Shown piece by piece: positions 10,520 to 20,693 of a stretch of DNA of 64,000 nt. Location: assembly GCA_029259175.1 (NCBI GenBank), contig JAPDJH010000001.1, positions 185,783 to 249,782 of the forward strand, in the 5' to 3' direction. Both the position numbers and the translations under genes were made by a program. The DNA is from Hadesarchaea archaeon. Its GTDB lineage: Archaea; Hadarchaeota; Hadarchaeia; Hadarchaeales; Hadarchaeaceae. The notes under the pieces were generated by a model that was not told the origin of the DNA, ran no database searches, and saw only the letters and a list, made by a program, of their open reading frames with translations. Positions within the stretch are counted from its first letter, which is position 1; the number at the start of each line of letters is the position of its first letter.

Positions 10520-12010
10520 ATGCGGAGACTCCTTGGGATGATCGCGGCGGTGCTGGTGCTGGCATCGCTTCCAGGGGTGAAGGCACAAAGCGTTGAGGAA
10601 TCAGCCATATATGAAATAACCATCGACTATGTGTTTTCCAATAGCTCCAATTACACGGCGAAAAACGTGGTTGCAAGGATCTATCTCTTCGACAACTGGA
10701 GCGGGTGGACTGAACAACGTGTTTTGGGGGAGTCGATTATGCTAGATGACACACCTATTCACCCGAAAATCCACGACGAGAAAGACAACCGATGGGTAGA
10801 GGTAGAGCTCGGAACTCTGGGAGCACGTACGTCTAAAACCGTGCACGTTACCCAAGTCGTGAAGGTGGAGACCGTCGAGTTCACAATCGACCCAACACTG
10901 GTCGGGAGCGGATACCCAGAGGAGCTCCAAGAATTCGTTCAGCCAGTGCCCAATCTCTTCCAAAGCGATGACCCGAAGATCCAGACGCTGGCTCAGGAAT
11001 TGACTGAGAACACTCAAAATCCATATCTGCAAGCCCAGCAAATTTTCAATTTCGTTGTGGAGAACATAACATATGAGACGCAAACGAAGGCACATAGTGC
11101 CCTTTGGACTCTTAACGAGGGCAGAGGGGACTGCGACGACTTTTCCGCCCTCTTCGTAGCGTTGGCCAGGGCAGCGGGCATACCTGCAAAAGTCGTTTCG
11201 GGCTATTTGTTTTCTGAGAACGCCCTGATCGATCATTCGGTAAACACCGATTACGCCGGACACGCATGGGCCATTTTCTACGTGCCAGGGTATGACTGCT
11301 GGTTCCCCGTTGACCTCACTGTTCCAGCGCGAATAGAAGAGCTTGGAGAAATAAATGGGCGCCCCTACATGAGAGGAAAAGCCATCGGCTCATTCGGCGA
11401 TATCAACTTCTATCATCTCGTGGGAGCGATTACAAGTGGGAAAGAAGTCGTCCAAAACAACGAAATCAAATGGCCGGGACCTGGTCAGGCGAGCGTCACG
11501 TGGAGCTATACAGAGCCCTATAACCCAAACGTCACCATAGACACCGGTGGAACGGTGACCCCCGTTCTGCTCTTGGATCTAGAAACCACTGCGGCCACCC
11601 AGATAAAATCGGATGGGAGCTTGGACTTCACCGTGAGAGTGAAGAACCGAGGCACTTCTGACGTTTCATCGGTTCGGGTCACTCTCGAATACGATCCGGA
11701 AAATTTTGAAGCGGTAAACGTCGAAAACGAAAAAAACACGCTCAAAAGCGGTGAAGAGTGGGAGTCCGTGCTGACCCTGCGGGTGCGAGACAACGCCTAC
11801 GGAGAAAACCACATCGTTGGGGTGCGAGCCACGTACACCTCTGATTACGAGGGGGTGGAGAAAAGTTACGCTGCCAGCTCCGAGGTGCTCCTCTCCATAC
11901 CGCCCAAACCTCCGGCGATAGTGCTGGTGGACTATCAGACCCTGCTCCTGTTGATCGCAATAGCCGTGGCTGTCGGAGCCATTGCGGGGGCGGTGGCGCG
12001 CAAGAGGTGA
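10520..12010 (+). CDS. Secreted/membrane-anchored transglutaminase-like protein with C-terminal Ig/CARDB-like domain
   Basis: Signal peptide, GDCDDF catalytic Cys, GIPAK, GHAW, WFPVD, C-terminal TM with ARKR tail. Confidence 0.8.
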   Translation: MRRLLGMIAAVLVLASLPGVKAQSVEESAIYEITIDYVFSNSSNYTAKNVVARIYLFDNWSGWTEQRVLGESIMLDDTPIHPKIHDEKDNRWVEVELGTLGARTSKTVHVTQVVKVETVEFTIDPTLVGSGYPEELQEFVQPVPNLFQSDDPKIQTLAQELTENTQNPYLQAQQIFNFVVENITYETQTKAHSALWTLNEGRGDCDDFSALFVALARAAGIPAKVVSGYLFSENALIDHSVNTDYAGHAWAIFYVPGYDCWFPVDLTVPARIEELGEINGRPYMRGKAIGSFGDINFYHLVGAITSGKEVVQNNEIKWPGPGQASVTWSYTEPYNPNVTIDTGGTVTPVLLLDLETTAATQIKSDGSLDFTVRVKNRGTSDVSSVRVTLEYDPENFEAVNVENEKNTLKSGEEWESVLTLRVRDNAYGENHIVGVRATYTSDYEGVEKSYAASSEVLLSIPPKPPAIVLVDYQTLLLLIAIAVAVGAIAGAVARKR

Positions 12011-12031
12011 AGTGGGCCATCAAAACTTTAT

Positions 12032-12667
12032 ATGAGCGCTCAGAGAGTGGTATCGATGTACGGTTTTAGCGGCACGGTGGTCGGAATCCGATGCAAGGAC
12101 GGGGTAGCGCTAGCATCCGACTCGAAAGGAGTTGCGTACTATCACGTGCTCAGCAAGCGAGTGAAAAAGGTCTTCAAGCTGGAGGACCGGATCGGGGCGG
12201 CCATTGCTGGGAGTCCGGGAGACGTGCAAGCGTTTGTCAATCTGCTGCGAGCCGAAGCTAATCTCTACCGGATTCACCACGACCGACCCATCACCCCGCG
12301 GGCGCTTGCACACCTCGCTTCCAACATCCTGCACGGGCGGCGCATCTTTCCCTACTTGCTGGAGGGGATGATCGGAGGGATGGACCAAGCGGGGCCCGTT
12401 CTGGTCTTTCTGGATCCCGTGGGAGGAAAACTAGAGGAGAAAGAGTTCGCGGCTGCGGGAACGGGCGCCTCTGTCGCCTACGGAGCTCTGGAGAAAGATT
12501 TCAAGGAGCGAATGAGTGTAAGCGAAGGAGCAAAACTCGCAGCTCGTTCGATTAAGAGCGCTATAGAACGGGATGCGGCCACGGGTGAGCGCACGGTTGT
12601 GGCCGTGGTGGACGCTCAAGGATACCGGGAACTATCGGATGCTGAGGTCCAGAAGCTTCTGAAATAA
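12032..12667 (+). CDS. psmB: Proteasome beta subunit
   Basis: GTVVGIRCKDGVALASD, AGSPGD, AAGTG, AIERDAATG. Confidence 0.9.
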   Translation: MSAQRVVSMYGFSGTVVGIRCKDGVALASDSKGVAYYHVLSKRVKKVFKLEDRIGAAIAGSPGDVQAFVNLLRAEANLYRIHHDRPITPRALAHLASNILHGRRIFPYLLEGMIGGMDQAGPVLVFLDPVGGKLEEKEFAAAGTGASVAYGALEKDFKERMSVSEGAKLAARSIKSAIERDAATGERTVVAVVDAQGYRELSDAEVQKLLK

Positions 12668-12682
12668 TGCGAGCGTGCAGGA

Positions 12683-13852
12683 ATGCGGCTGACTTTTTCC
12701 GATGCTGTAATCCTAGAAGGTGAAGAGCTGGAGCCCGTTCGCGGTTCTTTGGAAATCGAGAACGGACGAATAAAATCCGTTGGCGGGGCAAAACGTGGAG
12801 TCAATCTAAAAGGGGCCATAATTATGCCGCCGTTCGTGAACGCGCACACACACATCGCAGACTACGGGTGGAAAGAGGGATACCTGGGCAGAACCCAGCC
12901 AGAGGTGGTTGGCCCAGCGGGGATCAAACACCAAGTGCTGTCGAAAAGCGGCACAAAAGCTGGAAGGGCTGTTCGCTCTGCCCTGGAGAGCATGTTGCGT
13001 ACTGGAACTGTTTTCCACCTCGACTTCAGAGAAGGGGGTGTGCGCGGAGTTCGATTTCTGCGAGAGCTTGGAATCCAGCCACTGAAGACCATGATTTTAG
13101 GAAGGGGCGATACACGGAAGGAACTCCGGCGAGTGCTACGGATCGCGGACGGGATAGGTCTCCCGTCCATCAACACGCTCTCAGAGCCCGTCATCAGAAA
13201 TATTGCCGCGGTGTGTAGGCAGAAACGCAAGGTGTTTGCCCTCCATGTGGACGAGACGGCCGAGGAACACGAACGCTCTGTTGAGGAGTACGGGTGCAGC
13301 GAGCTGGAAAGAGCGCTAAAGCTGAAGCCCTCGTTTGTGGTTCACGCCACCCACGCTTCCACGTACGAGCTCGAGCTAGCTAGGCAGGCAGGAGTGCCTG
13401 TCGTGTTCTGTGTGCGCTCCAATTTCTTGTTGGGGGCGGGAATCCCTCCACTGGCGCTTGCGCTTGAAATCGGAGTGGAGAGCTGGATCGGAACGGACAA
13501 TGGAATGGTTTGCGAGCCCAACATGTTTGAAGAACTCATGGCCGCGTGGCAATGCGTGCGCAGACAGAATCCGCGGGCCGGACGTGAAGAAGCACTTGCC
13601 CTGCTGCAGGGGGCCACGGGAAGACCCATCAGCAAGCTGGTCAAAAAAAGTGGCTGGATCGAAAAAGGCGCTCCAGCGACCTTTATGGTGTTGGCTCGAG
13701 GGCACAACTTGCAGTTCTTGGAAGATCTGCACGCCGGGATCGTGAACAGAGCTAGGGCTGAAAACATGGCGGCGCTTTTCGTCGAAGGGAAAGCGTTTTA
13801 TTATGGAAAACACCAAGAAAAAGCGAAGATTTTGAAGACTAGGAACGGATGA
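12683..13852 (+). CDS. Amidohydrolase (cytosine/MTA deaminase-like)
   Basis: NAHTHIAD, DFREGG, LHVDE, VHATH, IGTDN. Confidence 0.85.
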   Translation: MRLTFSDAVILEGEELEPVRGSLEIENGRIKSVGGAKRGVNLKGAIIMPPFVNAHTHIADYGWKEGYLGRTQPEVVGPAGIKHQVLSKSGTKAGRAVRSALESMLRTGTVFHLDFREGGVRGVRFLRELGIQPLKTMILGRGDTRKELRRVLRIADGIGLPSINTLSEPVIRNIAAVCRQKRKVFALHVDETAEEHERSVEEYGCSELERALKLKPSFVVHATHASTYELELARQAGVPVVFCVRSNFLLGAGIPPLALALEIGVESWIGTDNGMVCEPNMFEELMAAWQCVRRQNPRAGREEALALLQGATGRPISKLVKKSGWIEKGAPATFMVLARGHNLQFLEDLHAGIVNRARAENMAALFVEGKAFYYGKHQEKAKILKTRNG

Positions 13853-13856
13853 GAAG

Positions 13857-14693
13857 ATGAAAGTAAAAGACGTGATGACAGAAACCGTGAAGTGGGTGGA
13901 GATTCCGGGCACCCGGGCTGACGCGCTCGAGCTGATGAAAAAGCTCGGAGTGGAAGCGGTGCCGGCTGTGAAGAAAAGTACTGAAGAATACGTGGGGATG
14001 GTAGAGCTCCACGCTCTTTTTGAGAAGCCGGACGAGGACCAGTTGGCCCTCCTGGTCAACCGCAATGTCCCAACGCTATCGCCAGAAGACGATTTGTCCA
14101 AAGCGGCGAAGGTCTTCTTGGAGCGGAGGGAGAAGCGGCTCCCGGTGGTGAAGGACAACCGGGTGGTGGGAGTGCTTGCCGTGCGAGACGTGCTGGAACG
14201 AGTTCTGCTGAAATCGGAGATCCAAACCCCCGTGTCGGAGCTGATGCGGCCGCACATTATCGCTGTGTGGGACGGAACACCTCTTCCGGTTGTGGCCCAG
14301 CTCGTGCGACTGTCGGGCTTCAGAGAACTCCCAGTGATTGACAGTAGTGGAAAACTGGTGGGTATGATCAGCGACGCAGATCTGGTAAAGCTCAGCGATG
14401 TGGAGCTGGACTCGAAAATGAGCCAGATGGTAGGACGGAGCGAGAGCGACAGCTGGGCGTGGGACACGGAGGCGCGCATTTACATCACGAAGAAAGAACT
14501 GAAGCTGCCGGATAAACCAGTTCGAGAGGTTATGAGAAAGGAAGTGGTGACGGTCGGAAAGCGCACACCCGCGACCAAAGTGGCCAAGCTGATGCTCGAG
14601 GAACGGGCAAAACAAGTGGTGGTTCAAGATCCAGATGAGAGACTGCTGGGCATCGTGCGTGACGTGGATTTGCTCAAAGCCCTCCTGAAATAA
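13857..14693 (+). CDS. CBS domain protein (four CBS)
   Basis: VKDVMT, LPVV...VVGVL, LPVIDSSGKLVGMI, VREVM. Confidence 0.9.
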   Translation: MKVKDVMTETVKWVEIPGTRADALELMKKLGVEAVPAVKKSTEEYVGMVELHALFEKPDEDQLALLVNRNVPTLSPEDDLSKAAKVFLERREKRLPVVKDNRVVGVLAVRDVLERVLLKSEIQTPVSELMRPHIIAVWDGTPLPVVAQLVRLSGFRELPVIDSSGKLVGMISDADLVKLSDVELDSKMSQMVGRSESDSWAWDTEARIYITKKELKLPDKPVREVMRKEVVTVGKRTPATKVAKLMLEERAKQVVVQDPDERLLGIVRDVDLLKALLK

Positions 14694-14743
14694 AGGGCTG
14701 GGAACTTTTTTAGGATGCGAGCCCTTATCCGTGGTGTGAAAGC

Positions 14744-16261
14744 ATGAACCAGAAGGGCGATGAGGTACTAGAGACGGCGCTCCGGCGCGGTTTTATCTGG
14801 CCCTCGTTTGAGATCTATGGGGGCGCGGCGGGGTTCTACGACTACGGGCCGCTCGGATCGGCGCTGAAAAACAACATCATAGCGGAGTGGCGACGGGTCT
14901 TTGTTGTGGAGGAGGGGTGTCTGGAAATCGACACGCCAACAGTGGTTCCGTTCGAGGTGCTCAAGGCCAGCGGCCATGTCGACCACTTCTTGGATGCAAT
15001 GGTGGAATGCACGCGGTGCAAAGGTGCGTTCAAAGCCGTTGATCTGCTGAAAGAACAAGCGGGTGTAGACATGGAGGGCAAGAGTGTGAAAGAGATGAGC
15101 AAAGCCATACGGGAACGCGGGGTAAGGTGTCCTGACTGTGGGGGTGAGCTGGGAGAGGTGTTCGAGTTCAACGCCATGTTCAAGACAGCTGTGGGGCCCG
15201 GAAGCAAGCGACAAGCGTTCCTTAGACCGGAGACCGCGCAAGGAATTTTTGTGGACTTCAGAAGGCTGTACAGGCACGGCCGTGGAAAGCTTCCGCTGGG
15301 AGTGGTGCAAATCGGCAGAGGATATCGGAACGAGATCTCGCCGCGACAGGGGATGATTCGATTGCGTGAATTCACCATGGCGGAGGCGGAGGTCTTTTTT
15401 GACCCGAAAAACCCGGTTCACCCCGGTTTCGAGCGGGTAGCGAGTGAAAGGTTGAGGCTGTGGTTAGCCAAGGACCAGAGCGCGGGTAGCGAGCAAATCA
15501 CAGAAGTCACAGCAGCAGATGCTGTAAGGCAAAAGCTCGTTTGCAATCAGCTCATGGCCTACTATCTGGCGTTGACGGTGCAACTCCTGCGGAGACTGGG
15601 GATTCCGGAGAGTGCGGTTCGGTTTAGGGAGCAGTTGCCGGGCCAGCGGGCCCACTATTCTGTGGAGACGTGGGATGCGGAAGTCCACACACAACGGTAC
15701 GGATGGATCGAGATCGCGGGATTCGCGTACAGAACGGACTACGACCTTTCTCGGCACATGCAACACAGCGGAGAAGATCTGACGGCGTTTATCGAGGAGC
15801 GCAAGGAGAAAGTGGTCTGCCATGTGGTCGAGCCCTCGTTCGGGATTGACCGGATATTCTACTGCGTGCTGGAGCACTCGCTCGCGACCGAGGGGAAACG
15901 CAAAATCCTCAAGCTGAAGCCGTACATCGCTCCGATCCAGGCAGGGGTATTCCCGCTGGTGACCAAGGACGGGCTGCCAGAGCGGGCGCGGCAGATCGAG
16001 CGAGAGCTGAGAACGGCTGGACTCAGGGTGGAATACGACGAAAGCGGATCGATTGGGCGCCGCTACGCGCGAGCGGACGAGGTGGGGGTTCCGTTCTGCG
16101 TAACAGTGGATCACCAGACGCTGGAGGACAACACCGTCACCATACGGGACCGAGACACGGCAAAGCAGGTACGGGTGTCTATTGAAAACCTAGCAGAAGT
16201 CCTAAAACGACTGATAGAAGGAACGCTCAGCATTGAATCGCTAGGCGGCCAAGAAAGTTGA
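14744..16261 (+). CDS. glyS: Glycine--tRNA ligase (archaeal/eukaryotic type)
   Basis: IYGG...YDYGPLG, LRPETAQGIF, RNEISPRQG, EPSFGIDR, SIGRRYARADE. Confidence 0.97.
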   Translation: MNQKGDEVLETALRRGFIWPSFEIYGGAAGFYDYGPLGSALKNNIIAEWRRVFVVEEGCLEIDTPTVVPFEVLKASGHVDHFLDAMVECTRCKGAFKAVDLLKEQAGVDMEGKSVKEMSKAIRERGVRCPDCGGELGEVFEFNAMFKTAVGPGSKRQAFLRPETAQGIFVDFRRLYRHGRGKLPLGVVQIGRGYRNEISPRQGMIRLREFTMAEAEVFFDPKNPVHPGFERVASERLRLWLAKDQSAGSEQITEVTAADAVRQKLVCNQLMAYYLALTVQLLRRLGIPESAVRFREQLPGQRAHYSVETWDAEVHTQRYGWIEIAGFAYRTDYDLSRHMQHSGEDLTAFIEERKEKVVCHVVEPSFGIDRIFYCVLEHSLATEGKRKILKLKPYIAPIQAGVFPLVTKDGLPERARQIERELRTAGLRVEYDESGSIGRRYARADEVGVPFCVTVDHQTLEDNTVTIRDRDTAKQVRVSIENLAEVLKRLIEGTLSIESLGGQES

Positions 16262-17209
16262 AAGCAGGGGGAGGACCACGAACAAGAAGAACAGAGTGGG
16301 ATAGAACATAAGGGCTCCGTACAGCTTGGTGTCCCGCTTAAAGTTGTGGGCCAAGACCAAGTTGAAAACCGCTGGCGGCATGGATGACTGAAGGAGTGCG
16401 GGTTTCGGAGTCAGATCGCGGGTGATATCGAGGCCCAAGGCCACTATGAACACGTAAGCCAGAACGGGACTGACGACAAATCTGAAGGCGCCGACTGAGA
16501 GAAGTTCGTCTTTGTACTGTTTTGGGCTGGTAATGGTCGTTTGGTATCCTACGAGCAGCAACATGAGGGTGAAAAAAACAGGGGCCACGTATTGATCGAA
16601 AGACGTGTAGAGAGAAGAGGGAAGAGGAGCGCTGAAGACCACGAAGAGCAGTGCCGCTATGAGGGCGAACACTGCTGGAAAGGAGATCACGCTGATGGTC
16701 AGGGCGCGGGGCTCGACTTTCCGCTTGGACAGCAGGGTGAGCAGAACGGTTCCGAGAATCACGTGCGGGATGCCGACACCCATGGCATAGAGAGCTGCTG
16801 GACCGAGGGCTGATGATCCGAGCACGGCATAGATCACGGGGAAGCCGAGATAGGTGACATTCATATAGCCGGAGTTGAGTGCTAAAGCCACTGTGCGCTC
16901 ACGGCTGTCGCCAACGCGCTTGGAGATCATGACGGAAACAACAAAGCAAATGCCGGAAACTAGGAAACCGATAGCGAAGGAGTTGCTGAAGCCCAGCACA
17001 TCCGCGGGAGAGTAACGGGCGATGGAGAAAAACACAACCACAGGCAGGATAATGATTATCGTGTAGGCGTGGAGAAAACGGAAAAAGCGCGTGACGGGGA
17101 GGCGAAGGGTGGGATAGCGTTGACCGGCCCAGTTGAGACATATGCCAGCTATAACCAGCACTAAAACATAGCTGAGTTTACCTAGGAGCTCGAGCGTGAG
17201 TACCCCCAC
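16241..17209 (-). CDS. AEC (auxin efflux carrier) family transporter
   Basis: NVTYLGFP, SSMPPAV motifs; about 10 TM. Confidence 0.85.
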   Translation of the reverse strand: MGVLTLELLGKLSYVLVLVIAGICLNWAGQRYPTLRLPVTRFFRFLHAYTIIIILPVVVFFSIARYSPADVLGFSNSFAIGFLVSGICFVVSVMISKRVGDSRERTVALALNSGYMNVTYLGFPVIYAVLGSSALGPAALYAMGVGIPHVILGTVLLTLLSKRKVEPRALTISVISFPAVFALIAALLFVVFSAPLPSSLYTSFDQYVAPVFFTLMLLLVGYQTTITSPKQYKDELLSVGAFRFVVSPVLAYVFIVALGLDITRDLTPKPALLQSSMPPAVFNLVLAHNFKRDTKLYGALMFYPTLFFLFVVLPLLSTFLAA

Positions 17210-17215
17210 ACCTCT

Positions 17216-18562
17216 CTACATGTGCTCCTTTTCAACCTTTTTCAGGGCCTCCTCAAAGATCTCGAGTCCAACGTCTGCTTGTTCTTGAGTCAGAACAAGA
17301 GGCGGTGCCAGACGCAAAGCGCACTGCCCGGCGCCCAGCAGGATGAGACCGCGTTTGAATGACTCGGTAAGCACGGCATTTCGCAAATCGGTTGCCGGTT
17401 CTTTGGTTTTGCGGTTCTTAACGAATTCGATTCCGATCATCATTCCTTTGCCGCGCACGTCTCCGATTATTTCGTGTTTCTCCGCGAGTTCCTCGAAGCG
17501 ACGGATGAGATATCCGCCAACACGCTCCGCGTTCTTATCTAGTTTTTCCTGCTCCATGATGTCGAGAACTGCAAGGGCTGCTTTGCAGACCACAGGGTTT
17601 CCGCCTAGGGTGTTCTCGTGGGCTCCCTGCTCCCAGTCCATGAGTTCCGCACGGCAAACGGTTGCACCGCACGGCAATCCGGCTGCTATGGCTTTAGAGA
17701 GAGTGATGATGTCTGGCTCCACATTCCAGTGCTCGCAAGCAAACCAGCGGCCGGTGCGGCAAAAACCAGTTTGCACCTCGTCAGCGACAAAAATGATGTT
17801 GTTGTCGCGGCAGAGCTTCGCAAGAGCTGGCAAATATTCATCGGGAGGTACTATGTATCCGCCTGCTCCTTGGATGGGCTCAACCACCAAGCACGCAAGA
17901 TCGTCTGGGGGTATCACCTTCTTGAGCAGAATGTCTTCGATGTACCCCACGCACCAGAGACCGCAGCTGGGGTATTCGAGCTTGAAAGGACACCGGTAGC
18001 AATAGGCATAAGGAACGTGGAAAACGCCTTGCATCATCCCTTTAAAGTGACGGCGGGCAGCCACCGAGGTGGTGGTGAGTTGGAGAGAGCCCATGGTGCG
18101 CCCGTGAAAGCCTCCGATGAAGCCGATCACGTAGAAATTGCGGGTGTGCCACTGGGAGATCTTGAGAGCAGCTTCTACGGCTTCGGTGCCGGAGTTGCAC
18201 ATGAAAACGCGTTTGGGGAAATCCCCTGGAGTGAGCTCACAGAGACGTTCCATGAGTTCTACTTGCGGGACTGTGTAAAAGTCACAGCTGTTGACGAAAA
18301 TGAGCTTGTCACTCTGCTCCTTGATGGCCTGAACGACCCGGGGATGCTTGTGGCCCACATTGGTGACAGCAATTCCTGATCCGAAATCGAGGAAGATGTT
18401 GCCGTCGATGTCCTTCACCCACACACCTTCCTCCTCGACACCCACCAGAGGGGCTGTTCGGGTCAGCGACGGCGAGCTGACTTTGTGGTCGCGCTCGATG
18501 AAAGCACGGGCTTTCGGGCCTGGCGGTTCAACCACTATTTTCGGTCGGTTCACCTTTTCCAT
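17216..18562 (-). CDS. Class III aminotransferase (acetylornithine/4-aminobutyrate aminotransferase family)
   Basis: NSGTEA, FHGRT, EPIQG, DEVQTG, PDIITLSK, NTLGGNP. Confidence 0.92.
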   Translation of the reverse strand: MEKVNRPKIVVEPPGPKARAFIERDHKVSSPSLTRTAPLVGVEEEGVWVKDIDGNIFLDFGSGIAVTNVGHKHPRVVQAIKEQSDKLIFVNSCDFYTVPQVELMERLCELTPGDFPKRVFMCNSGTEAVEAALKISQWHTRNFYVIGFIGGFHGRTMGSLQLTTTSVAARRHFKGMMQGVFHVPYAYCYRCPFKLEYPSCGLWCVGYIEDILLKKVIPPDDLACLVVEPIQGAGGYIVPPDEYLPALAKLCRDNNIIFVADEVQTGFCRTGRWFACEHWNVEPDIITLSKAIAAGLPCGATVCRAELMDWEQGAHENTLGGNPVVCKAALAVLDIMEQEKLDKNAERVGGYLIRRFEELAEKHEIIGDVRGKGMMIGIEFVKNRKTKEPATDLRNAVLTESFKRGLILLGAGQCALRLAPPLVLTQEQADVGLEIFEEALKKVEKEHM

Positions 18563-18595
18563 TATACCCTCCGACGGGTTGAAGATATGCGTGTT

Positions 18596-18690
18596 AATAT
18601 ATATTTTTTCCGACGAATTCTCCCTCTTTCTTTTGTTTATTTTGAAATATATCTTTTAGTATACATATCTTTAAATATATCTTTTCTATT
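18596..18690. promoter_or_regulatory. AT-rich divergent promoter with repeated (A)ATATATCTTT-like boxes
   Basis: AATATATATTT, AAATATATCTTT, ACATATCTTT and AAATATATCTTT between the divergent aminotransferase and wHTH regulator. Confidence 0.5.
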
Positions 18691-18710
18691 ATACGCTTGG
18701 AGGAGAGAAA

Positions 18711-19220
18711 ATGAAGCGGAAAAGAGGAGGAGAAGAATTAATTTTTCAAGAAAAGCCGGTAGCGGCCTTGCTGGTGCTGAAAGAGATAAAAGAAGGTGCG
18801 TACCAGACGCTGGTCGCGAAAAGAGTGAACACCACCTACGCTCACACCGTGAAGATCATGAATGAGCTGGAGCACCTGCGGCTGATCAGGAGCGAACAAG
18901 CGGGACGGATGAAGTTCATAAAACTCACGGAGCTGGGGCTCGAAGTTGTAGAATCATTGGAAAGGATAAAGCGAATACTCAGACTATGTGAGGTAGCCAG
19001 AGAGATCGACGACTTGTATGAAAAAGAGGTAAAGGGAAAACTGCGGCAGGAAATAAGAAAAGAGCGGGTTCAAAGAGAAGCAGATAAGCTGAGACGGCGG
19101 CTGGAAGAGTTCTTTGAGGGAGATCCCCAGTTGGCGGTGATCGCGCGAAGACTTAACACCCGGCTAAACGAGGTGTTGAGCGAAGCCATTGGACTGCCGC
19201 CCAGTCCAGCGGCCATCTAA
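18711..19220 (+). CDS. Winged-helix (MarR-like) transcriptional regulator with helical C-terminal extension
   Basis: AKRVNTTYAHTVKIMNELE...GRMKFIKLTELG wHTH pattern. Confidence 0.75.
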   Translation: MKRKRGGEELIFQEKPVAALLVLKEIKEGAYQTLVAKRVNTTYAHTVKIMNELEHLRLIRSEQAGRMKFIKLTELGLEVVESLERIKRILRLCEVAREIDDLYEKEVKGKLRQEIRKERVQREADKLRRRLEEFFEGDPQLAVIARRLNTRLNEVLSEAIGLPPSPAAI

Positions 19221-19428
19221 AAAGTTTTAGCAGATCTCCAGCCAGGAGAGTGGTTTATAAAGGATTGAAAAATCCCGCGATGTTTTGGCATTTGAGGGGG
19301 ACGTATTGCCCCATTCTAAAACAGACTTAGAAATCAGCGGGGTAAGAACTGACCGAAAAGCGGGGCTGGAAGATAAATTCCAAAACAGTTTTAGAAAGGC
19401 TAGGCTGAATTGAGAATAGGGAAGCAGA

Positions 19429-19722
19429 ATGGCATTGGAGGACGTAGCGAGGCTGCTGAGCCCGAAAACGCCCCAGAACGCGGTGCGGCTGCTGGAGTGC
19501 TTCCGCGGTGGTGAACCCAAAACGAAGGAGGACCTGGTGCGCGAGTCGGGGCTGAGCGAGTCGATGGTGGAGTTCTACCTTACGCGCATGCGGCGGTGGT
19601 ATATGCTGACGGCTAGGCGTGAGCGTGGCGGGCGGACGCTGTACGAGCTGAACCCAGAGGCCTTCCACGCACGGATCGACACCCTGCTGGTTGACCCGGT
19701 GCGGAACTTGGTGAGGAGGTAA
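19429..19722 (+). CDS. Small winged-helix DNA-binding protein
   Basis: TKEDLVRESGLSESMVEFYLTRMRRW...GGRTLYEL helix-turn-helix-wing pattern. Confidence 0.6.
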   Translation: MALEDVARLLSPKTPQNAVRLLECFRGGEPKTKEDLVRESGLSESMVEFYLTRMRRWYMLTARRERGGRTLYELNPEAFHARIDTLLVDPVRNLVRR

Positions 19723-19742
19723 AGGGAAGAGGTTGAAACTAA

Positions 19743-19985
19743 ACACGCGCGACATATTGTGGGGGTAGAAAAACGGCACAGCTCAGGTGTAAGGTCTGCC
19801 ACCGCAAGATAAAGGAGGGTGAAAAATTCTACGTGTGCGGCGAATGCGGCAAGGTCTACTGCGAGGAGTGTGCCGAGAAGAATCCAACGATCAAATCGCT
19901 GGGAGTATGCCCGGACTGCGAGGAGGTCTATGAAACTGAGGAGGACTACTGGGGCTGGGGTGGCGAGGAGTTTGAGGAGTGGTAA
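19743..19985 (+). pseudogene. Small Zn-finger protein reading frame lacking a canonical in-frame start
   Basis: Own translation ...LRCKVCHRKIKEGEKFYVCGECGKVYCEECAEKNPTIKSLGVCPDCEEVYETEEDYWGW; four CxxC; upstream GTG is out of frame across a G5 run. Confidence 0.55.
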
Positions 19986-20185
19986 TAGGACTGGAGACCA
20001 GAAATAGAGCCGGGGAGAGGAAGCGTCCGAAGAAGGGGTGGCTCACGGTTGGCAGGGAGGGGAGAGAGCTACGGGACTGGAGGCTGATCCGGAAGAGCGT
20101 GCGGCTCGGCTCTTACGACGACGAGGAAGGATAAAAACACCTCACAGCTCGGGAAGGGTACTCTTGCGGTCGGCTGAAGCGACCG

Positions 20186-20326
20186 TTAATCGCTGGCACC
20201 GAAGATCATGAAGAGGAAAGCCACCAAGAGCACCGCTATCACGAACCACAGCGCGACGAGCGACACAAGGCCGATAGCGGCGGCTTTTAGGACTCTCAGC
20301 AGGGTTCGCTTCCGCCTGCTCCTCAT
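20186..20326 (-). CDS. Small single-TM membrane protein (46 aa)
   Basis: Own translation MRSRRKRTLLRVLKAAAIGLVSLVALWFVIAVLLVAFLFMIFGASD; GGAGGAGG RBS-like sequence upstream. Confidence 0.5.
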   Translation of the reverse strand: MRSRRKRTLLRVLKAAAIGLVSLVALWFVIAVLLVAFLFMIFGASD

Positions 20327-20693
20327 CGATTAGCCCTCCTCCCTTGGCTCGGACTCGGGTGGTTGCCCCCGATGCTCCTCGTCGACGCGCGGCTGCTGGT
20401 CAAGGTTGTGGAAGAGGTGAGAGAGGTGTTCAACCGGGAACGGATCGGCGTCCACCGCGAAATTTCGGGGCTCGGGTGCGGATGGAAGCACCAGCACCGC
20501 GGCCCTCACCTCCAGCAGCAAACACAAGACCTCCATTTTTATCTCCTCCATTATGGGTGCGAGTTATTGACATTTCGGACTTGACGGCTCGCCATGTTTT
20601 TTGTTGGTCAGATATGGTCTCTAGCTTCCCCTCTCCAAGGGTTTGACATCGCTTACAAACAACCTGATAGGGATAGCACGTGTCTTTAAAATC

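Noticed and set aside
19261-19271. AGGATTGAAAA, and similar GATTGAAA at about 28537 and 34453, resembling the repeat handle
   Set aside because: Only 8-10 nt in AT-rich promoter DNA with no upstream repeat body; compatible with chance.
20330-20646. Overlapping short ORFs on both strands
   Set aside because: No recognisable motif, and I cannot choose a coding frame.
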